Source: Octopus bimaculoides
Lineage: Eukaryota
DNA length: 64,000 nucleotides
Direction: 5' to 3'
Assembly: GCF_001194135.2 (NCBI RefSeq)
Contig: NC_068988.1
Coordinates: forward strand, 82,817,837-82,881,836
Shown here: one piece after another, positions 59,183 to 64,000 of the stretch
Layout of the letters: every line of letters begins with the position of its first letter
Position numbering within the stretch: the first letter of the stretch is position 1
Notes under the pieces: model-generated
The model's database searches: none
Told to the model about the DNA's origin: nothing
The model's input: the letters and a program-made list of their open reading frames with translations, nothing else
Made by a program: the position numbers and the translations under genes

Positions 59183-62180
59183 CTACAAAAGAAAAGATTC
59201 ACCAGTTTAATTTAAGAAATATCGATTAATTTTGAAGAATCATCAATCTCATAAAATAAAAAAATGACATCATGAAGATTCTGATAAATTTTAGTTTTAC
59301 CTCCAATGCTTTTCAACTCTCCGACTCAGAGCAATTTTCTCACCAATCTCTGTACAAACAGGTGAAGTCAGAACAATTTTAGCCAAATCAGCTTTTACAG
59401 CCAAAACTCTCCCACCAGTTGATAAAGAACCTATGTTTACCATTAAAGTTTCATTCTTAGCCAATTTTTGGACCTGAAAAATAAGAAACACGAATGAAAA
59501 CCAAAGAACATCAACTAAAAAGCTTTTTGGAGAATACTGTTCCACATATTTCTAATGACTTCTCCAACAACTAGCCAACACTTAAACCTAAAGTATTAAA
59601 TTGCTTCACATTCTAGCAATAATACCAAATGATATTTTGCTTATCTTTTAGTTTAAAACAAGTGATCCAAACATGAACTTTCACCCAATCAACAAGTTAA
59701 ATACAAATTATTATAAACAAGCTTTAATTTTTTCTCATGTAAAAAAAAAAAAAATCTATAATCTGTTTGTTGCTTAACTTTTTTCTTTTATATGTTTCTA
59801 TTATTGAATTGTGACCCATGCTGGCACACCACCTTCAGGGGTTTAGTCAGACAAATTGACCCCAACATATAGTTTACAACTGGTACTTATTCTATGGATC
59901 GTTTTTGACAAATTGCTAAGTTACAGGAATGTAAACAAACCAACACCACTTGTCAAGCAGTGGAGAGGACCAAACACACACTATATATAGGCATGTCTCT
60001 TATATCCATGCCCCCTCCCCCAACACCCAGCCTGCACATAATCTGTCCCTAGCAAACTTCTCTCCTACATCCCATCTTCCCAACTCCCTTCCCTCTCTCC
60101 CAATCTCCCCTGTTGAATCTGTTCCCCCACAACATATTCTAACAACCCATCCGTCTGTTTCTGTCCACTTACTACATTCTCTCCCCTTCACCTCCCACTC
60201 TCCTTTTGCAATCTTACAAACTTATCTACTCACTCACCATATCTAATCCTTGATCTTACATATGCACCTCCCTGTAATTTGAGTGTACCCACCCCATCGC
60301 ATCATCACCCCTCTCTCTGCTACTGAGATAGCCATATATCTTCTTTACTGCAAGATGCCTATTTCTGTCCCTCGGACTCTAACCTCTCATCTGGCACAAA
60401 ACCACTTTTCGCAATACTACTCAGTTGCGGGATCTTGTCTTGTTAATTATTTAGTGACCTCATTGTTGTTCGTGTCATGTAAAAAGCACCCAGTAAACTC
60501 TAAGTGGTTGGCATTAGGAAGGCCATCTAATTATAGAAATCATGCCAATGCAAACAGAGTTTGACAGTCTTCTAGCTTACCAGCTCCCCTCAAACCATCC
60601 AACCCATGCCAACATGGAAAACAGATGTTAAATGAAGATGATGATGTGATCATACATAGATACACACATATACTACAGGATTTCACACAGCTTCAATCTA
60701 CCAAATTCATTCATAAAGCATTGGTCAGTCCAGGACTATAGGAGAAGATACCTGCCCAAGATACCATGTAGTGGGACTCACAAACCACTGAGCAAAGTGA
60801 GCTTCTTAATACCAACTATATTGGTCACTTTTATTTTGTTATTAAGCTTGAATAAATGAGGACAAAGAGCAGAAGGCATCATACTGAGTGACTAATTCTT
60901 CAGTGATACAGCAAATCTTACTTGATTAACAGATTTCAGTTAGAACAGCAAGCAGATCAAGACCTCTTGCTTTTACCACATTTTCTCTCTTTTATTAATT
61001 TCTAAAACGCACAAAATTAAATAGTTTTGAAACTGAAATTAATAATTTTTTATTAAAGAAATGCCTAGTTAAATAATATTCAACTTCGTGAAATAAATAA
61101 ACCAACATTGATCTACAATAGAGAAATGTTCTTTACAATGCTAAAACATGAAAGAAAATTTCGTCACTAGTTTCCTTGGGGAAGAATTTTACTGCAACAA
61201 TGGGAACCCTTAACTTGGTCCTAATAGTTATTAAATACATATTAAGCTGGCCACACTTTATTTGCAATTCTAACACAAGGTGTAAATGACAAACCTTTGC
61301 TCCTTTCTTGTCACCTTCAGTTTTCACACCCAATAATCGGCGGAGCAAAAAGTAAGATATTTCCAATTCTGTATAAATTTCTGGTAAGACACCAACACCT
61401 CCTAATACTTGCCCCACCATTCTATCAGCACGGCATAATGTTGGGTCAATTTTTGTTCCAACACCTACAAGAAAAAAAAAAAAAAAATCAGTATACATAA
61501 AATTAAGAATGCATTTAGTGAAATTAGAGATTACAAATTAATAAGCATTATTTTTGAAATTACTTTCTGAATTAAAAACTTTATACTAAATATATATTCA
61601 GACACAAAAACTGGTTTAACCACATTAATCTACATTCCAAATCCCAGCTAATAATGACATATTTTATGAAATTCTTCATTACTTCCAAAATAAATTGTAA
61701 CAAAAGGGTTAAAGTGAAATTTATAAATGGAAGCTAAAAACCTCAATGGAATGCACAGAAATAGCTCTACATTTAGAACATAAAACATTTTAGGTTGAAG
61801 AAATAGAAAACCTTTTTATGACTTTATTTCTACACACGTAAATCCAATAAATGTCCAAACAAATGATATGAAGTGAATTTAGTCAAATAAACTGGAGCTA
61901 TTTCTATTTTTTACTAAGAAGACATCAACTATGATTTTATATAAACACTTCAACATTTACCAGTTTTATGGTGGACACAGAAAGAGTTAAAACTTTAGAG
62001 AAATATTTCTAAAAATTTCACAAAATAAATTATACCTATTAAACCACCAGGAACTGCATATTGTAAATCATTTTGCTCAGCAAAAAGTGACAGAATTCTG
62101 GATAAAATAGGTTTACATGACAGTTGGCCATCCTTTTCTTTGCTTACTATTCCAGGCCGTACTTCAATTTCTTGTCCAAC
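59119..62180 (-). CDS. EIF2S3: Eukaryotic translation initiation factor 2 subunit gamma, 5'-partial: complement(join(59119..59182,59301..59473,61295..61464,62036..62180)); 183 aa plus stop
   Basis: Four AG/GT-bounded exons (145+170+173+64=552 nt) splice in frame: [12 protein letters not shown]...[32 protein letters not shown]...[10 protein letters not shown]...[23 protein letters not shown]...[25 protein letters not shown]...*. These are the diagnostic eIF2-gamma domain II/III motifs. Upstream exons lie beyond the window. Confidence 0.98.
59301..59473 (-). CDS. EIF2S3: EIF2S3 exon (173 nt, [16 protein letters not shown]...EKHW)
   Basis: tttcag acceptor, gtaaaa donor. Confidence 0.97.
61295..61464 (-). 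CDS. EIF2S3: EIF2S3 exon (170 nt, [15 protein letters not shown]...KKGAK)
   Basis: cttgtag acceptor, gtttgt donor. Confidence 0.97.
62036..62180 (-). CDS. EIF2S3: EIF2S3 exon (145 nt, [10 protein letters not shown]...AVPGGLI)
   Basis: tttcag acceptor, gtataa donor. Confidence 0.97.
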
Positions 62181-62619
62181 CTGAAATATAAATATCAAAT
62201 TAATACAAACAGTGATATTTCTTTTGACTAGCATCATCTGAAACTATGTCAACTCATTCATTCATGTCTGTTTTTTCACACTAGCAAGGATTAGAATTAA
62301 ATGAATGTATTGAGGCATTGTTTTATAGCTGGATGCCCTTCCTGTCACTAACCTTTACCCGTTTACCAACTAAAGGATCTTTTATTTCACAAGTCTTCAA
62401 ACATGCAAAGTCAGTGGATGATGTGTCAACAGGGAAATGACAATATTTACCACTTATAGTTTGAATTTTTCATGCAAGAACAAGAAATTGATAAAATCTG
62501 CAAATGCTTGGGATGTTATATGTTCTGGTGAGGACTATGTGATAGAGCTACTTTAGAACACAGTTCTGATATTATGTGTTGTCTGTTTTCTTGTTGTAGA
62601 TATCTGACCTTACCATTTG

Positions 62620-64000
62620 TTTGATGTTGGCTGCAGATCTTGTATGATGGGCTAAGTATCTGTTATTCAGGGATATATATATCAACTCATTTCTTCTGCA
62701 TAAGCTAATGTATCTACAGACTGTATTTACCCAATGTTATAGGTATTTGATGATTACTTTCTTAACAGTGGATGCTGTTTACCTTTTACACCGAACAATA
62801 AATATTTGTTGTTGTTGATCAGTTTGGAGTTTCTGCGTTCGGTCCTCTTCCAATTTAATGTAGGAGAGTTAGGTGTATATCTAAAGATATATAACCCACT
62901 CTCCTAAAGTGGTGACCCCGACGTTGATTTGTTCATACAGCCCAACTTGAAAAGTTCACATAACTTTCCAAAAATGGTGACTAAATGCCAGTAATAGACC
63001 AACTGTTCTTTAAGTCTTTTTCACTACAATTTTTTTTTTTCCTTATTTCGTCTGTTTGCCTTCGACAAACCGACTGGTGCGAGGCTAGTGTAGTGAGACT
63101 ACCTATCGTCACTAGATACAAAACTACTATCGCCATTACATACAATCTTATTTAAATATAAATAAATGCGAGCGTAGTAGAGAACCCATTCCTTGTCATC
63201 AAGTGACTGATTATTATTCGAATCGGCAACTTCTTCGAACCTTTCCCGCCAGAANNNNNNNNNNNNNNNNNNNNNNNNNNNNNNNNNNNNNNNNNNNNNN
63301 NNNNNNNNNNNNNNNNNNNNNNNNNNNNNNNNNNNNNNNNNNNNNATATATCTTTAGATATACACCTAACTCTCCTACATTAAATTGGAAGAGGACCGAA
63401 CGCAGAAACTCCAAACTGATCAACAACAACAAATATTTATTGTTTGGTGTAAAAGGTAAACAGCATCTAATTGTCCGGTTTTAGAGTAGCCTGAAATGTA
63501 GTTGTACGGTTCTTCATGCTGGTGTCGTTATAAAGACAACTTGGTTCAACCACATTCAAATGGGAGAGCTTGCTTAGACGTCTTGCTTGGTCGCTGTCTG
63601 CCTTGGTAAGAGACAGAATCGAAGCGGGAACGCTTCGATGTTTAAACCCACGCATGCGTGGTTAAAGATTCAGCAATGGCGCCTATGCTTTTTTGGCGCT
63701 AATATGACGTCACTACACACTGATATCCCAATTGACTCCAGCCCTTTCCTTTTCACTAATATATCCAAGAAAGACAGTTGGCTGTTGCTCTTTTCTTTTC
63801 ACACTAAACAAGATTAATGTATGAGTTGAGTCCATCTGGTCTACAACTTGGAGGTGCTCTGAAGTGTTGCAAGGCTACAAAGGTGTCACCTTCAAAACTG
63901 CAGGTTTCAGTGTTGTATTTTCTCGAGTTAAATCTTCAGAACAGTCCACGTAGATACTTGCCATGAGATGGTGATAATGGAGCACCCATAGCCATCCCAC
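62620..64000 (-). mobile_element. Penelope-like element: RT remnant (63470-64000) plus inverted 122-bp segments across a gap
   Basis: Minus-strand GMAMGAPLSP / LMASIYVD / DTFVA / QLSFLDILVKR are PLE RT motifs (frameshifted). 62771-62892 is the reverse complement of 63346-63467 with 1 mismatch. Confidence 0.75.

Noticed and set aside
59474-62035. Intronic snoRNAs in EIF2S3 introns
   Set aside because: No paired C/D boxes with a terminal stem and no H/ACA hairpin pair seen by eye.

Overview
AT-rich, repeat-dense animal genomic DNA. It is most likely an Octopus assembly, inferred from the tRNA-derived SINE families and abundant (TA)n/(CA)n tracts. There are four N gaps: 6894-7747, 40731-40740, 54125-54224 and 63255-63345. 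Two spliced housekeeping genes converge tail-to-tail. On + is an SFT2-domain vesicle-transport gene (SFT2D1/2-like) with six coding exons from 24176 to 54609; its start exon was not found. On - are the last four coding exons of eIF2-gamma (EIF2S3, 62180 to 59119). Everything else is transposon debris: three SINE families, RTE-type and other LINE RT remnants, four Tc1/mariner relics, a Helitron derivative, hAT and piggyBac-type MITEs, a gag remnant and several Penelope-like element (PLE) fragments. The most notable unexplained structure is a recurring set of fold-back (inverted-repeat) modules sitting in (TA)n tracts, mostly inside SFT2D introns. Two of them carry recognisable but degenerate minimal hammerhead-ribozyme motifs; one is a ~480-nt hairpin with a hammerhead motif in each arm (43456-43934). 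A compact 74-nt pre-miRNA-like hairpin lies at 44828-44901. These fit known PLE biology, so I do not claim a new system; their possible role as intronic dsRNA/ADAR substrates or masked ribozymes is untested inference. All identities and counts are by hand.
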